From Vicugna vicugna (lineage: Eukaryota): DNA of 64,000 bases. Under the pieces are notes generated by a model. That model worked only from the letters and a program-made list of their open reading frames with translations. It did no database searches and was not told the origin of the DNA. A program made the translations under genes and the position numbers. Shown here piece by piece: positions 11,819 through 23,938 of the stretch (the stretch's first letter is position 1; every line of letters starts with the position of its first letter). Location of the stretch: assembly GCA_013265495.1 (NCBI GenBank), contig MU058337.1, forward strand, positions 5,250,716 through 5,314,715, read 5' to 3'.

Positions 11819-13964
11819 GTTGGTCACGGCCGCCCAAGGCCCGGGGGCGCGCCGGTCACCCCGGCCCGGGCCGAGGCCGGCGGGCGCGGGGAGCGAGGGC
11901 CGGGCGCGGGGGCTGAGGGGGGCCGGAGGGGGCGCCCTAGCCTCGGCGGGGACCCGGCGCGGGCCTTCCCGGCCTCGGAGGCGCGCGGCTGGGCGCCGGA
12001 TGCCCGGGGCCGCCAGACCTCGGCCTGCCCCGCGGGCACCTAGGGGACAGGTGGCTGGGGGGTGGCGGCTGCACCGGCCCCTCCGGCCCCTCCGCTCCTC
12101 GGGGTGGGGAGGACGCGCAGGTTGGGGGGCCGCCCGCTCCCGCGCGGTCCCGAAGCGGCCTTGCCCACCCGGCCCTGTCGCCCTGCGCGTCAGAGCCCTC
12201 GGTTTATTCATTGGCCTGCTTGAGCGGCTGTCATTAGGGGCCACGGGGCCAGCAAAGTAGTGTCCTGCCAAAGCCACGCCGTTTTGTCGTAGGGCCCCTA
12301 AGAGACTAGTGTAGGTGGGCCCAGACGCTGGGCAGGGTTTTCTCGAATTTTCCTCTTTCAGGATAGTGTGATACCTTGAAACTTAGGTCCGGATAAACGC
12401 TTGAAATACCGTAGGGTAAATCTTTCCATTTCAGTCCCAGCTGTTCAGGGAATATATTATCAAGGCTCTGGTTTAGGTACCCCCAGGTTCAGGCCTCGGA
12501 AGGATGTGTTCTTAATCTCATGTTTGTCCGGCCATCAGCTAGGCCTGGATTTCCCTGGCGGTCAGAGGGAGTGGAGTCTCGGTGACCGTCTCTAAGAAGG
12601 CCAGGGTTGGTGAAGACCTTTAATAAGGATCAGAAATGAACAGGTGGCTATTAAAAAAAGAAGATGCATATATTCATAGCTCCAGCTGTGACTTGATATT
12701 AAGGAGGAGAGGAGATGGTAGACTCTAGAAGTTATCTCCAAGCCAGATGTACACCAAGTTTTTTGTTTTTTTTTTTTACATTCGGAGATTAAGTTTCAAC
12801 AGTTGCAAATAAAAATCGTAGCTTCTCAATCCTCTATAACAACAAAAACGCATCTCCTGATTGGTGGGCTTTCATTCTGTGGGACTTTGACCCAGCTATT
12901 GTTAAAACCAGAGTGAAGGCAAAGTCAGGTTTGGGAGGAAAATGAAAAAGTGAACAGGCTGGTTGGACCCTCTTCGCGTTGGTAGAAGAGACATTTTGGC
13001 AGCATAGGTGTGCGGTCACCCATAAGGATACTAGGGGCTCCGTAAAAACTGAAGACAAGTCATGTGAAATGGTGGTAAACCTTTGGCTATGATGTGCAAG
13101 ATAGTCAAAAGAGGAAAAATATTGTACTTTGAAAGAAAAAAATCTACTCGAAATAGTACCATTTGCTTGCAGTTTAGAGAACTGAAGTTTTGTGTAGCAT
13201 TTTTTTCTTCTTTTTTCCAGTATGGCATTTCTTTGAAATGTGTTCTGTTTGTTTCTCTTCTCTTTCCGGGGTACATTGTGAATATGTGTATGTGTGTGCA
13301 CGTGGACAGGCATGGATGTATTTGTTTCAACCTATATCAGTGATGCTGGGATAATTTCAGGATATTCATGGCTGTGTGCATTTATCCCAGAGAAGAGTCA
13401 CACGTGGATTTCAAGTTTGTGAAGGAAAAAAAAAATCAATCTCCCCATAACATTCTGTCCTAAAGTAAGCCAGGCACTGGGCCAGGGGCTAGGGGTTCAG
13501 TGAGGAAAAGATATCTACCAGACCCTACGAATCTGCCAGGAAAGACAAATATTGAAGTGGATAGACAACCATATAGCCTATTTTCTAGTTTTGGTTTGGA
13601 AACGATGACCTTGAGCTCAAAGAAATTATGAATTGCTCCTTTCCAAAATTATTTCAGCATTTTAAAGCCTGACTCTCATGTTGTGTGATACCTACCTGTC
13701 ACAAGGACTCATGCAAGAAGTTTCTACACCTTCAAAACTCTTTGTGTGCAAACATTTAACATTTTAAAATATATCTGTTCAACTAAAAATGTCAGACATG
13801 GTAGAAATGACAGAAATGATAGAGAAAGAATAAACAGCCATGGTCTCAACAACCTAAGAGTGTACTGCCTGTGTGTTTTTAAAACTATACGACTTTGTGT
13901 AATTGTGGTCATGGTGTTGTGCATTTTGTCACTGGTTTTGCCATTTAGTTATTTCTAACAAGCG

Positions 13965-14018
13965 TTTATTATATGCTTATTTCTCATAAGCTTTATTATA
14001 TGCTTATTTCTCATAAGC
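13965..14018. repeat. Perfect 27-bp tandem duplication
   Basis: TTTATTATATGCTTATTTCTCATAAGC x2. Confidence 0.9.
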
Positions 14019-17000
14019 CTTTTTTTCATGTTTCTTTACAGTTTTCTTCCTTAAAAAATTGTAAATGGCTATTTAAGACCATACCCCATGAAAATCACCT
14101 CACTTTTACAGACACACCTCAGTCATTGGACATTTGCTGTTTCCAACTTTTCATCATTATAAATAATGTCCCATTAGATTGTTAGCATATAGGGATTTAT
14201 TTCTGCTGGATGTTATTTTTTCACGATCAATTCTAAACAATGATGTTCTTGGAAAAAAATGGATTATCTAAATTACTATGTGGATATACAGTATATATAA
14301 GTTATATGGATATATATAATATATATTATATGTCATGGATATATACTTATCTCCAAGTTGGTTTCCTAAAGATTATAATTTTGAATAAGATGCTTTGTAT
14401 GCTTCCTGAGGTAAATCTGCCTTCTTTTTAATACTTGTGGATTCCCTTCCCTCTTTACAGGAATAATAGAAGATAAAATAATAGCTTGGATCTATGAGCT
14501 ATGCACTGTATAAACATTTGACCTTTAACAAATTCATCTGAAATCCAGATGATAAAATACACCTCTTACAGTAAAATCAAAGTAGCAATGCTAGAAAAGT
14601 TGTAAGCTGAATAAGTAAATGTGAAGTCTTCTAGGGAAAAAAACAATTTTTTGAGCTCAGGCATCTAATGCTGCTTTTTGCCTTCTTACCCAGGCTTCAA
14701 ATAAATGATCAAAGGAATTTATAAAATGAGAAACCCGAACCCTGTAGGTTCAGGAACAAGAAGACCATTTGCTCCTAGGCTGTATGAACTCCAGGGCCTT
14801 TCTGGTAGATTCAGTACAGATGGAGCTGGACTGATGGAGCTGATGGGTAAAACTAAGGCTCTGGTCACAATCTTCTACCTCAGAGATTTGCACAAAAAAT
14901 AAGGAACAGAGCTTCTGCAGAAGCCTTTAACATGAAGGGGTAAAGACTAAAGTCGGAGAATTTTCTTGGTAAGACAGACTTGCTTAACTTCTGAAGTAAT
15001 TTCTCCATGATACCCCAGGGCGAGGGCAGCCCCACCGAAAAGAACGTGCTCTGATGACAGGGACTGACCCCAAGGGTCCAGAGGGGGAGGGCAGGACTGG
15101 GGGTTCAAGGCGGGAGCCCAGGAGAATTAAAAGTATGAAAAGTCAGAACACTGCAGCCAAGGGAATCTTTTATATGGAGATCAAGAGTCAGACTTATCTC
15201 CAATTATGCAAAGGGAAGAGATGAAAAGAGGACTTTGTTTGGGGCAAGGATGCTGTGTATGGAAGACAGCCAACCCAGACACACAAATCAGTGGTCTTCC
15301 TGACAGGGAGATCGGAGAAAATGGAACACAGGCCTTGTTCTAAGTGACATATCATAATTATTTTCCTTTCAATGAAAAAAAAAAACCCACAAGTATGCAG
15401 ATGAAGATGGATTATCATGGACCAGAAAACAATTAATTGAAATCTAGCATCAAATCTAGCCTGGTGAACACTTTGAATTTAAAAAATAAGAAAAAGGAAA
15501 ATATTCCAGCATTATTTTGCTCAAGTGGAAACAAACTACACACAAGGGAAAAGTTAGACTGGCTTCATTCTCTTCTCCAAAATTAAAGCAGCAGGAAAAT
15601 AATATACTGGAAATGTGTGATTCTGAAAAATACCGGAAGACCATTCTCTTATGGTATGAATATGGCTCAAAATGAAATATAAAAAAGATGAAGAAAATAC
15701 ATACTAGGCATGTGCTACCAAAAAAAAAAAGTTGAGGTAGGATTATGTAAAAACAGAACAACAGTTCAAAAAGTAATTAAATGAGAAAAAGAGACCTTAA
15801 AATAATAAAAACTACTATCTTTAATAAAGTTCTAATTACAGGCTTTCTATATATGTATGCTGATTATCCCAGCATTATTCTCTAGACAGCCACCAGTACT
15901 CCTGTGTGTATTCATTGTGGACAGCATGGTCCTTAGAGGCAGTGTTTCCTCAATGGGGTCTGTGACCTACAGCAGGATGAGGAAGCAGCATTTCAGCTTA
16001 GGAAATAAAGAAAACAACAAAAGAGAACTGGAGAAGAAAGAGGAAAAACATGAATGGATTCATGATAAGACAGAAAAGCTTTAGATCTGTTACAAAAAAA
16101 AATAAAAGCCAGCATTCCAGTCTTTAAGGCCTCTTAGTCTACGGCTGTCCATAGGAGGTGTCAGGATGCCCCGAACTAAGAATGAGGTCAAGAAGGAGAT
16201 AAATAAGATTGAGGGCCAGTGAAGGAAGGTGTTGGGGAAATTGGGTGTGAAATTCTAAGGATGAGAAACTGGCATCAGACTGTCGTCATGGAAATGGAGA
16301 GGTGGACGGTGGAGATTTATCAGGGAACAAATCCTAACAGATCTTGGTGGCTGAACCAACAGAATGAAAGGGAGGGACGGGTGAAGAATGAATCTAGGAC
16401 CTTGAGCTCGGGTGATTGTGGGTATTGTTGGTGCTAATTGTGATCCGTTCGTAGAATGGCTTATTACTTCTTTAACTTCTTTAACTTCGGTTGACGGAAT
16501 TTATAGGTTAGATCTTTTGCTTCATTATTTCTTTATCTGTTCTTTATTATTATTATGAAATCCACAGGAGATCAGCTTCACATACCCTCTTTGAAGTAGA
16601 GGAAGGATTTTTAAAATTTTTTATTATTTCTGAAAAGTACAAATTATGGAGGCCTGCGTCAGACAAGATACAAATTTGTATCAGACAAGATACAAGTCAG
16701 TGATGGCTTAAAATACTATCAAATATGTGTTTTAAAATTTGCCTGAGGTTAAAAAAAAATTCAAATACGGAAACTTCCTTAACTATTCCTCCCAGGAGCT
16801 AAAGCACAGAGATTATGATAAATATTGTAAATAAGGGTTTAAAATTTCAGAACTAGAGCTTGTTGAATTATTCTTTCCATTTCTCTCAATTCCATATGTC
16901 AATACTTTAAGGAGAAAAGAAGCTTTAAACTCCGGGGAGCCTCAAAACAATTTTCTACTTTTTTATTAAGTAAAAATTTAAAGCAGTGTTAAAAGCTAAT

Positions 17001-17419
17001 TTGTTGAACTAGACAATTTTTTTTTGCTTCCTTCCTTCAAGAAATGAATAGCCATTTTAAAGGTATATCCTAGGCAAGGAAATTACTGTGGAAAAATCAA
17101 GGACAAACCAGATTTCTTAGTTATCTTCTCATAAGACAAAAATGTTTTCTTGTGTATCATATGTATCCATATAGCTGTGTTTTTGAGACAATTCTGAAAT
17201 TCTCTGAGGACAACTTAGATGGAATATACTGTATATACATTCAGTTGTGAATCACATTTTTTGCCCTAGGTGTGTATTTTGCTTTTATTGTTTATACTAA
17301 TCTCTCTTATTTTTCCCCCAATCTGGCTTGACTATCAAATGTAAACTCTATAGGTGTTAAAACTTTACAGATGTTAAAATGCTCTTCTGAGCATCTAGAC
17401 CACTGATTCCATCACTGTT

Positions 17420-17590
17420 GGGACCAGTGCTGGGATGTGGGGAATGTTGTTTAAAAACACCATTTTTCATACTCCACCCTACAGGGTTCTGATTTAGTGT
17501 GTCTGAGGTGAAGGATGCCCATGGTCGAGAATGTTTACCAACCTCCCTGGATGATTCATATGTTAGCAGTCTTTGGAAACTACTATTTTA
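17420..17590. mobile_element. MER5-like DNA transposon
   Basis: TTCTGATTTAGT...GGATGATTC...TTTGGAAACTACT pattern. Confidence 0.5.
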
Positions 17591-18028
17591 AACCATTCGC
17601 CTTCTTTGTCCAAGTTTTGTGAATTCGTATTACAAAAATTATACAACCACACACATGTGAATTAATAGTTGCTTTTGACTTCCCATACTATTTAAGTGCA
17701 ATGTGGAAGGGGTTAGAAAACCGCTGTTTTAACTGTCCATCTTCTTTGCCCAACCTCTGCAGATCCATCACAGCTTAAGCAACTTCAGTAAAAAAGATAA
17801 TCTCCTTTTCTGATTTGTTACAATGCTTATATGATAGTAGCCCTTTATTCAAATAAACTGCCTGTCAATGAACTGCCATTAAAGGCCCTGCTACTTCCTG
17901 GAGGAAGCTGGGCTTTCTTACAAAGTCACACCACCAACCTGCAGGGATTTTTGGCTCTGATAGTCTTTTCTCAGCTTTTTCATACACCTATCTTATACCT
18001 AGAATAACTCGCAAAATTAAAATTGCAT

Positions 18029-18189
18029 GGGATAGGAGGGTACAGCTCAGTGGTAGAGCGTGTGCTTGGCATGCACAAGGTCCTAGGTTCAATCCCAGTA
18101 CCTATTTTTAATGAAGACTTAAAATAAATAAATAAACAAACCTAATTACCCCCAAATAAATAAATAAAATTGTACTAAGTAAATAAAAT
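18029..18189 (+). mobile_element. tRNA-derived SINE, camelid Vic-1-like, with 15-bp TSD
   Basis: A-box AGCTCAGTGG and B-box GGTTCAATCC, then an AAAT-rich tail containing CCTAATTACC. TSD AAATTAAAATTGCAT at 18014-18028 and 18190-18204. Confidence 0.88.
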
Positions 18190-19239
18190 AAATTAAAATT
18201 GCATAAACTTTCTAAGCTTGGAGTGAAAGGATTGAGTTTTCTGAGTTGAGGTGGGAGAGTGGCCTCTCTGGCCACATGTGGGAGCTGATTGCCTCAATGT
18301 GTGATCAGGACAGAGATTCAGGTGACACAGATACAACTCTCCTGTCCATCCCCTACTGCTGGGCTGTTTCAGTCCGGCAGGCAGGGTGCAGTGACAAAAA
18401 GCTGTTGGGACATCATTGTCTCTCCTGAATTCCTTTACCAAATCCATTGACTTGTAAAGATCAAAGAAAATTCAATTTTCACAGTCAAACATGAAATAGA
18501 ACAGAATCCTTGATGAAGTCATGACACAGTTTTGAGGTATTGGTAGAAAAAAAAACCAGGAAAAAAAATGCAACTTTCCTTTGGGGTTTAGGAAGTAGAC
18601 TCAGTATAAAAAGTAAGGAAGCATTTTCTGTTTTTAATCAGTGTGTTGATAAAAGGAAAAGAGGAAGGAAGAGCCTGTACTTGGAGATGGCCCTTTGACA
18701 TGTTTGGCTTCCCCTGTTTGGTGGCCCATCTTGGGTGACCCTTGCAGTCCCGCTGAGACGGGACCATGTGTCTAACACTCTTCTTTTGCAGGGCGTAGAT
18801 GAGGAAGCACCGAAATGAAAAATGCATTTGGGGAGAGAGAGGCAGAGAGATACAGGAGAGGCTGCTGCTGTGATCTGTGCTCAAACTTTAATGATGTCTT
18901 AGTTCTCCTGCCAAAGTGATGTGCTCTGCTGCGTGGCTAAGGCAGACCTAGGACTCAGGCAGCTGCCGGCCTTTCCTCCAACCACAAGGACTCGATTAGA
19001 CAGAAGGATGCATCACACTGTGCCCACTGAAGTTCCTGAGCAGAGGGTACTCAGGGAACAGGAGTTGCCTGCCCCCAGGCATCGCAGGCTAGGTACTGCC
19101 TTGTTCTAATTTAGTTTCACTACTCAGATTTGGGAGAGGCAAGAACTTGGAAACTCCCATCTCTGTTTTCTGGGAAAAGAGAAAGTTCTATTGGCAAAGC
19201 CCTGGAAAGGTCAGATTGAAAGACACGGACAACTGACTA

Positions 19240-19775
19240 TCATGAGGGTAAAGGTCAGAAAGTGACCTTGGATGAGGCACTTACCCTCCCTAAACCTCAG
19301 TGTCCTCTGTAAAATAGAAATAACAGAGACACCCACTTCCCTAGGACATGGGTGAAGTGTATGAGATAATCTACTCAAAGCTCTTAGCCTCACACATCAT
19401 AAACCCTCAGAAAATGTCAGGTATAATTTGTTATGCTTAAAAGTGGATGATTTTCATATTTTACTTGCCTTAAAGAAATTATGAATGAAATTCATCATTG
19501 TTTGAAAACATCTGAATTGTATGAAGTTCCTTGAAGTTAAAAAGTAAGAGTCAAATTCTTTGCCCATTCACTCCCTCCCTCCCCTGCCTCTCTGGTCTCC
19601 CAATAACAGATTCCTTGGGTTCTAAACTTGCTTCCAGTTTATGTGGATCTGGGCAAATGTGCCTCAGTCTTTTAATCTGTACAATGGGGATAATACTGAG
19701 AACTGCTTTGAAGAGAGATTAAGACTTTGGAATAGTGCCTGGCACAGAGCCAGCTTTCAATAAATGTTTGCTCTC
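19240..19775 (+). mobile_element. Two MIR fragments (~19240-19420 and ~19620-19775)
   Basis: MIR core GTGACCTTGG...CCTCAGT...CTGTAAAAT, and 3' AGTGCCTGGCACAGAG...TCAATAAATG. Confidence 0.7.
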
Positions 19776-22700
19776 ATCTTTCAAGTGAAAAAGTGAATGC
19801 ATAATACTCAAGCTTGATTCTCTTCTAAAATTATGTACAGTGGTTGATGGACCACCACCCTACCCTAAGAGGTGATAAAATGCATGAATTATGAGCAGCT
19901 TCAAGAATGTGTCAATAAATTTTATCATTGGCAGCCTCTTGGAATGTAATCTATTGCAAACTCCCGGACAGGGCAGAAGTCCTTTCCACAAACTCCACGA
20001 TAGGTATGGAGTCATTCTCTCTGAGAACATCCAGAAAGGAGTAGGCCACCTCTTGGGATGGCCAACACATTATTATTGGAAACTTTTAGATTAAACAGTT
20101 CTTTTACTGAATTAGCAGCTACCATTTGCTAACTTCTGATTGGTAGCGTCTGTTTTGTTTGGATTTTCCTTGCTGGAAGAACAAAGAAATCTACAGGACA
20201 GAATCACAACCGGATGGTATTCTGAGCTTTGGATTTGGAGTATGACAGAAGGACTTCTCTCAGTAAATCTCTTCTTTCCGCCCTAATACAGACTCTGCAG
20301 AAAAGCGTACGCTCCTTCGCCCACATGTGATAAGTCAGATCTATTTTCTAGTTTTCACATTCTCAGCACATTCGGTCAAGAATTTATGAGACTAAAACTA
20401 ACTCTAGGAAATGAAGAAATCTGTCATCTTTGGGAAATGAAGACAGCTGTCTCTTTTGTACATGATGTAAGGTTATCAGACGGGAGTTAGTAAATGCTTT
20501 TTTCTCATCTTTTTTTCAAAATTTAAAGAATCAATGATAAAAGCATTATGGAGTATTTCTAGGATTCACCCTCCAGGACAGAGGCTGGATAAATGAATAA
20601 TGACTTGAGAAACCTGAAAGTGACATTTAGATAGATTTGATGAGAAGGTTGATGATTTCTTGCCGGAAAAAAATAGACACATTTTAATAAATATGTGGCT
20701 GGAATAACTATAAAATGAATCCCGTAATACAATCTGATTCAGTTTTAGGAGATGAGAATGTCTGTTGAATTTTCACAAACAATAATTGATGCCAAGAGAG
20801 TTTAGAATTACCAGGTTGTCTGATTAGAATATGTGGGAAAGTATTCTTCTTATGACCTGTCTATTTTATAATATACTTAATTTTTAATTTAATAGTTCTG
20901 TAAGCCGCCTCGTCTTGGTTCCTCTCCTGGCTTCTCTGTAGCTAAGTTTCTTTATCTTTGGAATGGTTCTTTTTAAGAACTGAAAGACAAGATATACGAC
21001 ATGCTTAAAGCCAGGCCTGGCACAAAATAAGCCCTCAGTAAACATCCTTGTTGGCAGGAGTCTCTTTCTACATGACACTCAACATAATCTGGGAGGAAGT
21101 CAGCTGATGAGCTCACTGCTTTACCATGGGAACTTCTGTATCTTCCAGAGCATTTCATCGCCTTTGTGTGTGTGTGTGTGTTTAAGATTCCTCAGTGTGT
21201 TTGTGTTTGAGGACTGTTTTCCTCTTTATAAAGCATTCAGACTAGGGAATACCTATTCAGTTTTACATCAAATTCTGTCTTTAACACTTTCTCTGAAGCA
21301 CTGTTGATTGTTAAGATGGAAAAGCAGTTACTGAGCATCACTGAACAGGAGACCCAGCGGTTGCTGGAGTCCAGTGTGGGAGGTACCCCATGCCAGGCTG
21401 TGGAGGCTGCAGGAGGGGAGCCAGTGGAGGAGGGTATTGCAAGATGCCCAAAGAGCATGGGACACGCGTCTTCGGTACCCACAGCCGAGAACCAAGGTGA
21501 TCTGGGCTGGAAGAACTAGGGGAGGAGTTTCAGCCACTGAGCTGGAGTGGGAGGACGCTCCGTGGGGCAGAGAGAGGTGCAGTCATCAAAGGAGTTGGAG
21601 GAGGGGCGAGTGCTAGGGAAGCCTGAGGCAGAGCAGAAGGCTTTGGGATAACAAAAAACAAGACAAAAATAGTGGATTTTTCCCCCTAACTTAAAACCTA
21701 AGGTTTATGTTTATGCATATGCATAAACATGAGCATAAAATGTATAATGCTGTATTAATTTGTTCCAAATGGACATGTCCTCTGTGGGAAGAAAATGTGG
21801 CCAGACAAAATGAACAGTATAACTTTATGAAAAAATAACTTTTGACAGTTCCAGCATGAGGAATACGCATCCCTTTTTGTCTTCTAATTGTTATTACGAT
21901 GTGCTGAAGCACAGCGGAAGATTTCAATATGGATATGGGAAAAGGCAGGAAACTCTTGTTCCAGTATAAATATCTGGTGGTTTGTTGTTTTGGGTTCTGT
22001 GGCTGTTTTTTAAAAAAAGAGGAAGAAATAGAAATACTTGAAATAAGAATTGTTCATAATGCTCAAATAAAACAATTGTTAACATCGAATTCAGTTGTCA
22101 TCCAGAATACACAGCAGTACTTTTCTCAACTACAAATTCAAGATTGGTGCCTGATCTAGAAGATGTGCTTGTGCCTGTTTACCTGGCAAGACTGCACATC
22201 TAAGGGTGAGCTTAGGAGACAAGAAAGACAAGGAGGGGTAGCTGTTTGAAGGTAGTATTTGCTCACAGTGAGGTTTTCTGTGCGTGCATATTTATTGACA
22301 GAGAAAGATTTCACGGGAATACTGCTAGATGAAAAAAAAGACTGATTACAAAACAATATTTAAGCACAAATGTTTAAAAATTAATTTATGCATGGAAAAA
22401 TGCAGTATATGGAAAGAAAATACTAAGAGATACACTCCTTGTCCCTTTGAAGAGTAAGCGCCCCAGCTAAAGGACATTTCAGGAGGAGACAGGGGATATT
22501 TTATTCTCACTCGTGCCTGCAGCGCTTTGCTGATTGGCTGGCACAACGCACGTGCTCAACAGACACTTTGCCAAAGCAGCTGAGTTCCCGGAAGTGGAAT
22601 TCCTGATGGGTTTCACTTTGTTTTCCTTTTTTTTTACTTTCTGATTTTTTAAATCACAAATTCATACAGTTTATGTAATGGAAATACAAATAAAATTATT

Positions 22701-23494
22701 TTCTTTTAATGTAATGTAAAGTTTAGGTATTTGAGATCTAGGAAAGGACCAGTTGGTGGTGGTCCTGCTCGTCGTGGGCGTCTCATCTTGTCTGGCAGCA
22801 CAGATACCGAGGAGCACTGGGAGTCAGCTGGTTAACTGGAGATGGTGTGGAGCTAACAGTAAGGTAGTGAATGGACAAGAAAACCGTCAGGTGGAGGTTG
22901 CAGAGTGAGCGCATAGTGGGCTGAGGCTTAATTAATGAGCTCTTCTGCCTTTTAATGAAACACGTCTGCTGTGTGAGGAACACAGGGCATTCAGGAATTC
23001 TAGGAGGAAAGAGACCAAGTGTGTCTTGTTAGCACTAAATCCACATCACCTAACACAATGGTTTGGGTGATTTCTTTTTCTTTTTTTCAATGAATGTATT
23101 TATGCAAGCGTAAGTGAGAAGCCTCTGCTGGCAGTGAAGGCTGCTCTTCCAAAGACAAAATGGAAAGCCTGGAGTGAGAAGTTGGAGGGATATTATTGAA
23201 ATTTTGCTTTCTTAATTTCCTTCCCAAATTGTGATGGCAGTGAGATAAAAGGCCGTGGTTAAATGTGCGTGTGTCTTGACTAGGACGGTAGAGAAATGAT
23301 TCTACTTTAACTCGTAAAGGCCCCAGAGTTTGTGCACATCACCAACCAGAAGAATGGTTGACCTGGATGTGTCCCAGTTGTAATGACACCTAATGACTAA
23401 AAGTAAATCAGTGACTTCTGTCTTCTTTGGGGATTCGGAGAATAAAATAGATGCTGTAGGTCTACTGGAGGTATGTTTCTCTTATCTACACTTT

Positions 23495-23938
23495 TTTTAT
23501 TGAAGTAGAGTTGATTGATCGTGTTGTGGTTTTGGTGCACAGCATAGTGATTCACTTATACATATATACATTCTTGGTCATATTCGTTAACATGATAGGC
23601 TATAACGAGATACTGAATACAGTTCCCCATGCCATACAGTAGGGCCATGTTGTTTCTATTTTATATATAGTAGTTAGTATCTGCAAATCCCAAGTTCCTA
23701 ATTTATTCCTCCTCTCCTCTTTCCCCCCAGTAACCATACGTTTGTTTTCTACATCTTTGAGTCTGTTTCTGTTTTGTAAATACGTTCATTTGTGCTATTT
23801 TTTAAGATTCCACATATGAGTGATATCATACGACATTTATCTTCATCTCTCTGTCTGACTTCACTCAGTATGATCATCTCAGGTTTCATCCATGTTGGTG
23901 CAAATGGCATTATTTCATTCTTTTTTCATGGCTGAGTA
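23495..23938 (-). mobile_element. 5'-truncated L1 3' end with diverged TSD
   Basis: Poly-T, then typical reverse L1 3'UTR/ORF2 end (AGATTCCACATATGAGTGATATCATA, CATCCATGTTG, GGCTGAGTA). TSD-like TCTTATCTACACTTT (23480-23494) vs TCTTGTCCACACTTT (23939-23953), 13/15 identical. Confidence 0.85.

Larger units (their letters stand above)
11200..12290 (+). promoter_or_regulatory. NALCN: CpG-island promoter of NALCN, with GC boxes (e.g. CCCCGCCC ~11431, CCGCCCCCGCCC ~11583)
   Basis: Abrupt switch from AT-rich sequence to very GC- and CpG-rich sequence. It is the only large CpG island upstream of the first coding exon. Confidence 0.88.

Noticed and set aside
11110..12277. Many overlapping Arg/Gly/Pro/Ala-rich ORFs on both strands (up to 154 aa)
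   Set aside because: Expected by-product of stop-codon scarcity in a CpG island; no recognisable protein.
12834..13343. 159-aa and overlapping ORFs in intron 1
   Set aside because: No recognisable domain; low-complexity starts; no supporting splice structure.
18029..18102. Apparent tRNA gene
   Set aside because: The AT-rich tail and TSD show it is a SINE head.
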